This document shows positions 20,501-29,682 of a stretch of DNA of 64,000 bases, in pieces. Position 1 is the stretch's first letter. Each line of letters begins with the position of its first letter. The DNA is from Verrucomicrobiota bacterium (GTDB lineage: Bacteria; Verrucomicrobiota; Verrucomicrobiia; Limisphaerales; AAA164-E04): assembly GCA_047947115.1 (NCBI GenBank), contig CP170459.1, positions 4,192,001 to 4,256,000 on the forward strand. Reading direction: 5' to 3'. A program made the translations under genes and the position numbers. The notes beneath the pieces were generated by a model, which ran no database searches, was not told the DNA's origin, and was given only the letters and a program-made list of their open reading frames with translations.

Positions 20501-23500
20501 TTACAGAGAGTCCAGATACTTCAATAATTCAATCACCTGCCGCTCGTTCAAACCGTCCAGCAAACCCTCGGGCATCATGGAATGGGTGGCGAGCTTTCGG
20601 GTGGCGATGGCATTTTTGTCGATACTGATGTTGTCCGTGAGTGTGCGCAGAACAACACCTGTTTCGCTTTCGCTGACAAACAAACCTGAAATCGTTTCCC
20701 CATCCATCCGTTCAATCTCGGTTACCTGATAATTCTGGCCGATGACGGCGTTGGGATCGATGATGTTTTCCAGGAAATAACGACTCCCGCTCGAACCAGC
20801 ACCGTCCAGGTCCGGCCCTATAGCCGTCCCTTCACCGTTTACGCGATGGCACGTACTGCATAACAATTGAAAATGCTGCTTTCCTTCATTCGCACTGTAG
20901 GCCCATAAAGGTGCTTCGCTGAAGATATGCTGGAGGGCATCAATCTTCCCGGCTTTTTCTTCCGATGTTTGGGTAATAGTTCCCCAAATCTGACCGATGC
21001 GATCATTCACCGACGGAGCGTTCAACTGCTGCAACTGGCGGAGATAAAACGCGGTCAGCAAATCCCGGTCCACTTCCTCAGCAATCACGGCATCCAAAAG
21101 CGGAACAGCAAGACTCGTCCGGGCTGTCAGTGTATTGAAGGCAGCCACCTTATCCTTGCCTTCAAAACGCGGCAATCTTTCGAGCAACGCCGCAGCACTG
21201 TCCGGGTGATCGAATCGAGCCAGCAAATTGATGGCTTGTGTTTGGAATTCAGCTTCATCCAGCAATCCTATAAAAAGAGGCACGGATGATTCATCTCCTG
21301 ATTTATTCAAGATCTCGAGTGCGTGCATGCGTTCTTCGAGGGGACGTCCCTTGTCGACGAGCATGTCCCGCATCTTGGGAAGTAATGTTCGATCCCCGAA
21401 CAGGGCGGAAACTTTCTCAGCCGGCAGGCGCACCGCGTCGTCTGAACTTCGATACAATTTAGATGCCACACTGGCCCAACCACGCGGCATCGGCACTCGA
21501 CTCTCGTTTCTCAATGCCAGATGAATCGCTCCCATCAAACGACCCCGATCTTCCGCACGCGAACGATCGAGGTGCGTAATGGCACGGTCCAGAGCCGCCC
21601 CTTTGAGCTTCGCGGCATACCAGACGATGTAGTCCTTCAACACAGGAATCACCTGCCCTTCCTGTTCGATCCACTGAAACACACGATCCAGGTTGTTCGG
21701 CATTTTCTGGGCTACAGCAAACCAGATCATGGACGGCACATATCGATCGTGCACGTCCTCCGTATGCCGGATCAAAACTTCAAGAAGATCCCACGCAGGC
21801 TCCCCGGACAGACGCATGGCGGCAGAAGCCAGACGAAGGCGCACAAATGAAGAAGGATCACTCTGGGCCAGGAGGATCAATTGCCCCAATGGGGACAAAG
21901 GAGCTTGTTCCAGACTCGTCAACAACTCGACGGCACCCGCTCGAATATACTCCGACTCATCACCAAGGTAGGCATTCCAATCCCGATCGCCGATACCGCC
22001 ACAAACATACAACGCCCACAAGGCCCGCAAACGACGATTCACATCCGAGTGCTCCAACGACATCGTGCGCAACACATCCAACGCCTCCTCGGCAATGACT
22101 CCTTTCTGTGCCCGCTCATGCAAGAGGCGACGCGCCGTACGGGCATACCACGCGTTTTGATGCAGTTGCATCCAGGCCAGATCACGATCCGATTTGTTAC
22201 TGAGATTCACCAGAACCGGTTTGAAGGTGCGATCATACTGAACACGATAAACACGCCCGTTACTCCGATCCCATTGCTCGCTGTTTGGATTGTGACAATG
22301 CTGGGTGTCATACCAATCATTGATATAAACCGCCCCATCCGGACCATACTTCAAATCAATGGCAATATAACGTGGATCGGAACAAAAAAGAACATCCTGA
22401 CCGGCATGCACGGTGTTGTAAGCGGAACCATCACGCTCATTCACCTGCACATTCATTTGATGACCATGAAGATTGTGAGTGTAAAGACGATCCCGATACT
22501 CGCTTGGCCAATTGTCCCCCTGATACAGCATGGTACCAATGTGGGAATGTCCCCCGTAAACCCGACGTGTTCCCCTTGCCCCAGCTCCACCTTCTCCATG
22601 ACCATAACGCGCCGAAGCCAGCAGGAAATTTCTGAAGTGACTCAGTTCTTCGGGCGGATAGGGCTCGATGTAGTCGGGGTAATGCGCATTGGCCTGATTC
22701 CAGTAATGCCCGCCACGCACCACGTGAGTGGTTAATCCTTTCCCCCAATAACTGCGGCAATGCGTCATGAACCATTGCCCGTGGTGATCGTAATCCAATC
22801 CCCACTGATTGCTCCCTCCGTGAGCATACACTTCGAAACGATGATGCACTGGATGATACCGCCACACTCCGGCCCGCATCTCCGTTCGTTCCTCAACCGG
22901 AGCACCGGGTTTGCCGATTTGAGAATAATTAAACACCCCCTGATTGCCATACAACCAACCATCCGGCCCCCAAATGAAACTGTTCAACGTTTCGTGTGTG
23001 TCCTGAAACCCAAAACCATCCAATAACACCTGAGCCGGCCCATCCGGTTTGTCATCCTGATCCGCATCAGGAATGAACAACAACTGCGGCGCCGCGCCGA
23101 TCCAGACACCGCCATACCCCACTTCGATGCCACTAACCAGATTCAAACCTTCTGTGAAAACCGTACGCTTCTCAAACGAACCATCCCCATCATAATCCTC
23201 CAGAATCACCACTCGATCCTTACCTTCACCCTCAGGGCGTTTGGCCGGATAACTCAGCGCCTCCACCACCCACAAACGCCCCAATTCATCAAAGGTGAAG
23301 GCGATTGGTTGAACAATGTCAGGTTCGGCCGCGACCAACTCGGCTTTAAAACCTTCGGGTAGATAAATTTGATTGATTGTGGCGACCCTCTCTCCGCTGC
23401 TGTTGGACGCATCAACGGGATTCGACCGAAGATGCTTGAGGATATCGACCTCATCCAAACGCGCCGGACGCAACTCAGCGGCCCTGGACTGCCAAGACAT

Positions 23501-23536
23501 CCAACACAGGACAAAAATAAACAAACGAAGAATCAT
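20501..23536 (-). CDS. PVC-type membrane-bound dehydrogenase / heme-binding CxxCH protein (intact)
   Basis: LPEGFKAELVAAEP, WGPDGWLYG, HEAT-like repeats, CSTCH, GPDL, SMMPEGL. Confidence 0.92.
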   Translation of the reverse strand: MILRLFIFVLCWMSWQSRAAELRPARLDEVDILKHLRSNPVDASNSSGERVATINQIYLPEGFKAELVAAEPDIVQPIAFTFDELGRLWVVEALSYPAKRPEGEGKDRVVILEDYDGDGSFEKRTVFTEGLNLVSGIEVGYGGVWIGAAPQLLFIPDADQDDKPDGPAQVLLDGFGFQDTHETLNSFIWGPDGWLYGNQGVFNYSQIGKPGAPVEERTEMRAGVWRYHPVHHRFEVYAHGGSNQWGLDYDHHGQWFMTHCRSYWGKGLTTHVVRGGHYWNQANAHYPDYIEPYPPEELSHFRNFLLASARYGHGEGGAGARGTRRVYGGHSHIGTMLYQGDNWPSEYRDRLYTHNLHGHQMNVQVNERDGSAYNTVHAGQDVLFCSDPRYIAIDLKYGPDGAVYINDWYDTQHCHNPNSEQWDRSNGRVYRVQYDRTFKPVLVNLSNKSDRDLAWMQLHQNAWYARTARRLLHERAQKGVIAEEALDVLRTMSLEHSDVNRRLRALWALYVCGGIGDRDWNAYLGDESEYIRAGAVELLTSLEQAPLSPLGQLILLAQSDPSSFVRLRLASAAMRLSGEPAWDLLEVLIRHTEDVHDRYVPSMIWFAVAQKMPNNLDRVFQWIEQEGQVIPVLKDYIVWYAAKLKGAALDRAITHLDRSRAEDRGRLMGAIHLALRNESRVPMPRGWASVASKLYRSSDDAVRLPAEKVSALFGDRTLLPKMRDMLVDKGRPLEERMHALEILNKSGDESSVPLFIGLLDEAEFQTQAINLLARFDHPDSAAALLERLPRFEGKDKVAAFNTLTARTSLAVPLLDAVIAEEVDRDLLTAFYLRQLQQLNAPSVNDRIGQIWGTITQTSEEKAGKIDALQHIFSEAPLWAYSANEGKQHFQLLCSTCHRVNGEGTAIGPDLDGAGSSGSRYFLENIIDPNAVIGQNYQVTEIERMDGETISGLFVSESETGVVLRTLTDNISIDKNAIATRKLATHSMMPEGLLDGLNERQVIELLKYLDSL

Positions 23537-23608
23537 GCCTCTTATTAAAACAGAGCGCGCAGCTTGTCAAAGGAAGGAGGAATGGAAAGTACCGCCCGGA
23601 ACTTCTAA

Positions 23609-24669
23609 CCATGGACAGGATTTTCCGGATTAGATGAAACAAGTAGCCGCGCTTACCAAAGCGTGGACCATCAACGTTCCCGGATTCCCTGAGCATTTTC
23701 CTTTTTTAGACACCATGAACAGGATTCACCGGATAAGATGAAACAAGTAGCCGCGCCTGCCAAAGCGTGGACCACCAACGTTCCCGGATTCCCTGAGCAT
23801 TTTCCTTTTTCAGACAGGATGAACAAGATTCACCGGATAAGATGAAACAAGTAGCCGCGCCTGCCAAAGAGTGGACCACCAACGTTCCCGGATTCCCTGA
23901 ACATTTTCCTTTTTTAGACACCATGAACAGGATTCACCGGATAAGATGAAACAAGTAGCCGCGCTTGCCAAAGCGTGGGCCACCAACATTCCCGGATTCC
24001 CTGAGCATTTTCCTTTTTTAGACACCATGAACAGGATTCACCGGATAAGATGAAACAAGCAGCCGCGCTTGCCAAAGCGTGGACCACCAACATTCCCGGA
24101 TTCCCTGAGTATTTTCCTTTTTCAGACACGATGAACAGGATTCGCCGGATAAGATGAAACAAGTAGCCGCGCTTGCCAAAGCGTGGACCACCAACGTTCC
24201 CGGATTCCCTGAGTATTTTCCTTTTTCAGACACCATGAACAGGATTCACCGGATAAGATGAAACAAGTAGCCGCGCTTGCCAAAGCGTGGACCACCAACG
24301 TTCCCGGATTCCCTGAGCATTTTCCTTTTTCAGACACCATGAACAGGATTCACCGGATAAGATGAAACAAGTAGCCGCGCTTGCCAAAGCGTGGACCACC
24401 AACGTTCCCGGATTTCCTGAGCATTTTCCTTTTTTAGGCACGATGAACAGGATTCACCGGAAAAGATGAAACAAGTAGCCGCGCTTGCCAAAACGTGGAC
24501 CACCAACCTTTCCGGATTCCCTGAGCATTTCCCTTTTTAGACACCATGAACAGGATTCACCGGAAAAGATGAAACAAGTAGCCGCGCTTGCCAAAGCGTG
24601 GACCACCAACCTTTCCGGATTCCCTGAGCATTTTCCTTTTTAGCCACGATGAACAGGATTCACTGGATA
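23609..24669 (+). repeat. Tandem array of ten ~104-bp near-identical units, each with a GTAG-REP hairpin
   Basis: GTAGCCGCGCTTGCCAAAGCGTGG consensus at 23643, 23747, 23851, 23955, 24059, 24163, 24267, 24371, 24475 and 24578. Intervening sequence is conserved, so these are not spacers. Confidence 0.95.
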
Positions 24670-24780
24670 TCTTTTTTGGGTAAAAGCAAACCCTTTTTGA
24701 TTTTGACACAAGGTAAACGAAATCCGTATGATCAGCCCACAGTCAAGGAAACAAACCACCTTGGCCGAACCTTTTTGGAT

Positions 24781-24853
24781 GGGGTCATAGCTCAGTTGGT
24801 AGAGCGTCTCGTTCGCAATGAGAAGGTCTGGGGTTCGACTCCCCATGGCTCCA
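24781..24853 (+). tRNA. tRNA-Ala, anticodon CGC
   Basis: Acceptor GGGGTCA/TGGCTCC with G3:U70, D-arm TAGCTCAGTTGGTAGAGC, anticodon loop TT-CGC-AA, T-loop GGTTCGACTCC. Followed by CAA, not CCA. Confidence 0.95.
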
Positions 24854-25008
24854 CAAAATCCTCCCGTTTTTCGCCCATTTATCCCCCTTTTTCGCAGGTT
24901 GTTAGATGAGTTTAAGACAGTTAATTAGGCTTACTACTGAAATCTGCACCACCGGGCAATTCAGTGAAGTTCCAGGCAAGGAAACCAAATAAATGCCAAA
25001 TTTTTTGG

Positions 25009-25034
25009 GTAGGGCGTGACGTCCTCGGCGCGCC
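25009..25034 (+). repeat. Solo GTAG-REP
   Basis: GTAGGGCGTGACGTCCTCGGCGCGCC, related to the arms at 17895/18217. Confidence 0.6.
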
Positions 25035-25276
25035 AAAACAAGAGTTGAGCAAAGCGATGCATTATCCCGGATAACTCAGGCGAACCCTTGACCTTATTGC
25101 CGTGATGTTTTCTGCTTCATAGTTACCAAACTTGACGCTCTAAATTCCCCAAAACAAAAGGGCTTCCCTAATTCACACGATTTCACTAGCATTCAGCTCG
25201 TCACAAACCAGTTAAGAGAATTGCACAAGAATGCCACGACAAGCGAAATCAGCGACGAAGAAGGATGCCACAGCCA

Positions 25277-26754
25277 GATCGGTGTGAAACATTCAGATCA
25301 TAACTATGCGTAGAGTTGCCGAAGACGGGCCGCCATTTGCCACGTCTCGGAGTCTAAGAAGAAATAGGCCCTCAGAGTGCGGAAGAATTTCAAACTTCGT
25401 TTAGTGAACCTTCGGACGCGATCATACACATTGAACCATTGACGGCCCGCCGCTTTAGCCACCTTTTTCATTTTCTTCAACCGGTCTTCACGACGTTTTT
25501 CTTCCGCTTCGTTGACCACACCATGATCCCGTTCCAAAGTATCTTCCATGAGCAGACTCAAATTGTGAGCCATGCATATCATCTGGGCTTGAATTGATTT
25601 GGCGTTCATTGATTTCGCCCACGCTTTTTGTTCAACTAATGCATTTTTGATCTGGTCGAAGACTTTCTCAATATCCCAACGCATACGATAGATCTGAACC
25701 AGGATTCCAGCACTGAGGGTCATTTCATTTGTGATAAATGTGCAGGGGTTGCCACTCTCTGGATCGATGCACTCAATTTTCCGTAGCACGTTCTTTTTAT
25801 CGAAAATAATTCGTTGGTCAGAGGTGACTCCCCGGTTGAGTGAGTCTTTCTTGTCAACGGGAAGATCATCGTTAATCTCGTAACTGGCATTCTCCTTGAT
25901 GCGTGTAAGAAAATAGACACCGCCCTGTTGTTTGCATTCGGCCCAAAAAGCAAAATCAGTACATGCCGAATCCCAAGCAATCAGTAATTTTTCACCGGTT
26001 CGTGCATGCGCATGCTTGCGCAGTTCTTTCCAACCGGCCCGTTTGAGCGCCCGCATGTCATGCTCATGTTTGCGATCCACCTGATCGGCGCTTTTCATAT
26101 GGGTTAACGCATGAGAACGTAAGTTGAGCAGGTAAAAATGTCCGGCCGCCCACTTCTTACCATCCTTTCGCTCTTCATGAGGACTTGCACCATGCCAGTG
26201 TCCATCTCCGGCATAAATGTGGAACTTGCGAAGTTCATCGTATTGAGCCAAAGGATCCTCGATTTGGTCAGCTACTTTGCGTGCGAGTTTGTCATTGGCT
26301 TCGGTTGCCAGGGAAAGTCGGCGTTTGCTCCTGAGGGAAGCAAAGAAAGTCTGCAGACAAAGATCCAATTTGAAAAGAGGAGAGTATTGCTGGAGAAACC
26401 CACGTCCGGATTTAGCGTCAAGAAGGACACGGCTAATTCCAAGTTGCAGCCACTTCAAGTCCGGTAATTCAGGGCATTCCCTTTTGTGGCGACACGTATG
26501 AAAAACCTCAACTAAAGGTTTGAAGAATTTGCAGAAAACGTTAGTATTTAATAGATTACTGTCGACCATGCGAATTTACAAGGGCACCAACGAGTTACAG
26601 CTAGCTAAAAATGTAACAAAAACCATATTTTCTCGCGGTTTCACCAGAAAAATCAGTTTTAAAGCCCTTGCAGATCGAACCTCTTAGATCCGCCCTCAGG
26701 CCTCGAATTTGCCATTTCAACCCTTCTTTTTGAAATCAAAGTTTCACACCGATC
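25277..26754 (-). mobile_element. IS4-like insertion sequence with perfect 14-bp terminal inverted repeats
   Basis: GATCGGTGTGAAAC at 25277-25290 and GTTTCACACCGATC at 26741-26754 enclose a transposase. No target duplication is visible. Confidence 0.85.
25304..26569 (-). CDS. IS4-like DDE transposase
   Basis: YAGDGH, AWDSA, FITN, YRMRWDIEKVFDQIK (YREK motif). Confidence 0.9.
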   Translation of the reverse strand: MVDSNLLNTNVFCKFFKPLVEVFHTCRHKRECPELPDLKWLQLGISRVLLDAKSGRGFLQQYSPLFKLDLCLQTFFASLRSKRRLSLATEANDKLARKVADQIEDPLAQYDELRKFHIYAGDGHWHGASPHEERKDGKKWAAGHFYLLNLRSHALTHMKSADQVDRKHEHDMRALKRAGWKELRKHAHARTGEKLLIAWDSACTDFAFWAECKQQGGVYFLTRIKENASYEINDDLPVDKKDSLNRGVTSDQRIIFDKKNVLRKIECIDPESGNPCTFITNEMTLSAGILVQIYRMRWDIEKVFDQIKNALVEQKAWAKSMNAKSIQAQMICMAHNLSLLMEDTLERDHGVVNEAEEKRREDRLKKMKKVAKAAGRQWFNVYDRVRRFTKRSLKFFRTLRAYFFLDSETWQMAARLRQLYA

Positions 26755-26810
26755 CCCTGAGCGCATACATGTCATTAGATACATTACCCGAACTAAAGTG
26801 TGTTTAAATA

Positions 26811-27356
26811 TTAAACTCCCCCCTTAATTAACCCCTTTTCCACGAGCGCGGCGCGAAGCTCATTAACTAGGGTGATGACAGAGGTGAGGTCTGTTGCTAC
26901 GGACTGATCTGCCCCGGCCCTCTGGCTCGTCGGAGTGGCGCCATGAAACCCGATTTTGGCTGTAGTATCGGCCCCTATCCCAATCTCCCAAGAGTATCCG
27001 CCAGCATGGCGTTTCAAGACTCCGTCGGTCACGTTCCAAATCAAGTATCCGGTCGAGATCGTCCCTGAAGCCGTATCATCCGTAACCGCCGCAGGGCGAA
27101 TCTGCTTCCACGTTCCCGGCGTCCCAGCAACCGAGCAAACCCACTCCCCACCCAAGGCATCCCGCCAGAACTCATCGGCGCCGTGATCCCCTGTCGTCGG
27201 TGGACCAATGATTGTGGTCGGCGTCCCGTTCTGGTAGCTTGGTTCTCGTTTGGCCGTCTCGCCCGCAAGGATCTCGAAATTGTCCTGAACCAGTGTCATG
27301 AAGTTGGCTGCGTTTTCAACGTATTTAAGTCGTGTGTGTGGAGGTATGGTTGCCAT
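26811..27356 (-). CDS. Phage-like structural protein (head/tail fibre or decoration type)
   Basis: ATG at 27356. GPPTTG...GEWVCSVAGTPGTWK is tailspike-like; the C-terminus TDLTSVITLVNELRAALVEKGLI is head-fibre-like. Confidence 0.55.
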   Translation of the reverse strand: MATIPPHTRLKYVENAANFMTLVQDNFEILAGETAKREPSYQNGTPTTIIGPPTTGDHGADEFWRDALGGEWVCSVAGTPGTWKQIRPAAVTDDTASGTISTGYLIWNVTDGVLKRHAGGYSWEIGIGADTTAKIGFHGATPTSQRAGADQSVATDLTSVITLVNELRAALVEKGLIKGGV

Positions 27357-27361
27357 GCGGT

Positions 27362-27505
27362 TTATGCTTTCTTTACTGAGATTTGATCGTAATCGAGTCT
27401 TCGAAATCCTTCGCGCTCGGAGTAGCCGCGGAGGAAGAAATCGGTTTCTGCGCCAAGGATGGCGACAAGGTCGGCTTTTATGATGACAGGACGGATCAAA
27501 GCGCG
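27362..27505 (-). pseudogene. 3' remnant of an upstream (probably phage tail) gene
   Basis: Frame ALIRPVIIKADLVAILGAETDFFLRGYSEREGFRRLDYDQISVKKA* stops 5 nt before the ATG at 27356. No start is visible. Confidence 0.35.
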
Positions 27506-27685
27506 GTATGACCGGAATACAATAAATGGCAGAATATTTGGGGGTTTTGAGAAGAACCCTTGCTTCCCTGAGTCCTATCTGGCAGCTTTCCAATGTGGGA
27601 TTACCCCTCTTCCAGTTTCAGACTCCGGACCAAACTCCCCGGAAGGCCGGAAATCGGTTTCCTATCAACGAAATAGGTTAACTCA

Positions 27686-28753
27686 ATGCAAAATTCCAAT
27701 TCTTGGAGGGAACGGCTCCGGCCTTATACAGTCAAATCAAATGCTCTTGCCTCTTGGCAGGTTTTGAACACTCTTATCCCATTTGTATTACTATGGACTG
27801 CGTACGCCTATTTGGCTGACGTTTCCCTTCTTTTTGCAATCCCCTTTGTCCTGGTGATCTGTCCTTTTCTCCTGCGCTGTTTTGTCTTGATGCATGATTG
27901 CGGACACAATTCATTGTTCAGATCCACGCGCGCCAATCAGTTGGTGGGTTTTTTGTTCGGGGTCATCACCGGCATGCCGCAAGCCGTTTGGTCGAAAAAC
28001 CATGCTTACCATCATCAAACCAATGGTGACTGGGTCAATTACAAGGGCGTCTTTAATATCCTTTCAACAGACAAATACGATACACTGTCTAAAAGCGCAC
28101 AAAGGCGTTATTGGCTGTTTCGGCAACCGCTGATTCTTATTCCGGCAGGATTTTTCTACGTGCTGTTTAACCCTCGGTTCAATTGGCTCCTGGGAACGCT
28201 CATCATGTTAGGGAAAATCAGCCGACGGCTTTTAACATTCCGTCTGTCCGAGGCAAGAAGTGTCGCCAACCAATGGAAAACCAAATTCTGGAAAAACAAG
28301 AACGATTATCTGCACATGACTTGCAATAACCTGGTCTTACTCTCAATTTGGATCATCATGTGCATGGCTATGGGAACGGGTGAATTCTTTTTTCTGTACA
28401 TCATTTCAACATCTCTGGCCGGCTCCATCGGAATTTTGATTTTTACCATTCAACATAACTTCGAGGACTCCTATGCGACCGACACGGCCCACGTGGATCA
28501 TTATCGGGCGGCACTCGAAGGAACCAGCATGTTGGTTCTTCCAAAAGTTCTGAATTGGTTTACCGCCGACATCGCCTACCACCATCTGCACCATCTGTCG
28601 GTCGCCATTCCGAATTATCGCCTGGCTTCCTGCCATAAAGAGTTGGAATCTTTGTTCGTCGGAGTCAAGCGAGTCGGCCTGAAAGATCTCTTGGGCACTT
28701 TTAAGTATCAACTTTGGGATCCCGAACAGCAGAAGGTCGTCAGCAGGTATTGA
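27686..28753 (+). CDS. Membrane fatty acid desaturase (Des-like)
   Basis: Three His boxes (HDCGH, HAYHH, HHLHH) plus QHNFE and TM segments. Confidence 0.93.
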   Translation: MQNSNSWRERLRPYTVKSNALASWQVLNTLIPFVLLWTAYAYLADVSLLFAIPFVLVICPFLLRCFVLMHDCGHNSLFRSTRANQLVGFLFGVITGMPQAVWSKNHAYHHQTNGDWVNYKGVFNILSTDKYDTLSKSAQRRYWLFRQPLILIPAGFFYVLFNPRFNWLLGTLIMLGKISRRLLTFRLSEARSVANQWKTKFWKNKNDYLHMTCNNLVLLSIWIIMCMAMGTGEFFFLYIISTSLAGSIGILIFTIQHNFEDSYATDTAHVDHYRAALEGTSMLVLPKVLNWFTADIAYHHLHHLSVAIPNYRLASCHKELESLFVGVKRVGLKDLLGTFKYQLWDPEQQKVVSRY

Positions 28754-29682
28754 AAATCGGCTCAGAACCGTGGAAGCTCAAGGCTTATTCATGGGCCTTT
28801 GAAACTGTTTGAACAGGTAATTCACTGTTAACTTTCCAGGCACCATCAGAGGCTGTCAAAAGCCCCACGTTGATCCCCCCCTTTTCCGCATAGCGCGGCA
28901 ATCGGCTGAACCCAGCTCCGAACGATTCTCAGTCAGAGCATACTAATCAGATGCAATATGAATAAGCTTACACATATTCTGACTAGGTTTACGATTTCAT
29001 TCTCGTGCTTCGGACTATGGGCACTGCTCAATATCCTTCGCAATTTGTCGGTTCACAGCACTCAAGCACTTCCTGTGTTCTCCATGCTTCTTGTTGTCTT
29101 GGTCTTGGGTCGCCTTCAAAACCGGACACGTCAGTAAATCATACGTCGACTTGAGGGTCATTTAAAAGATCTAATAGCTTTGGGATAAATTCCTTTTGCT
29201 ATTGAACCCACACCTCCTTATCGGGTGCTTCAGGGAAAGGCCTCGGAATGCGCCTGTTATAGTCATGCTCATGGAGGTATCTGATTAAGGTTCCATAACT
29301 GATATTGATCTTTTGTTTCGATTTTAGTGTGAAGGACAGCAATCGACAGCGCCACCCAGCTCCTCCTCTATTGAGCAGTTTTCTGGATTGGGATGGTTGC
29401 GCTGTCGTCCGAATCCTCAGATTGCACCACTTTCAATTTTAATCAGTCCTAAAAGCACTACGATTGAGGTGATTTTTCTTTGAAAATTACGCACAGCCCC
29501 CCGCTCATCCAAGCAATCTGTTAACCTGAGATAAATACTGTTATCAGCGGCAGGAAAGCAATCAGTCGGGACTGTTCGAAGCAATAAAACACCCTTTCTA
29601 AAACCATCTCAATCAGCCCCATGAAAATGGCAGATTTTGCTTCCAATTTTATGAAAGAATTTTCCAAGCTGGCAGCATTTCC

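Noticed and set aside
21881..22735. Long antisense ORFs (also 10133-10846, 39853-40611, 57483-58559)
   Set aside because: They lie opposite well-supported genes and have no motifs; expected from codon bias.
23706..24441. Series of ~72-aa minus-strand ORFs
   Set aside because: Artefacts of a repeat whose period (104) is not a multiple of 3; they overlap in rotating frames.
23609..24669. CRISPR array
   Set aside because: Whole 104-bp units are near-identical, there are no unique spacers, and no cas genes are in the window.
27357..27593. N-terminal 79 aa of the 260-aa ORF
   Set aside because: Arg/Pro-rich off-frame translation. ATG 27356 follows the stop of another frame and is the better start.
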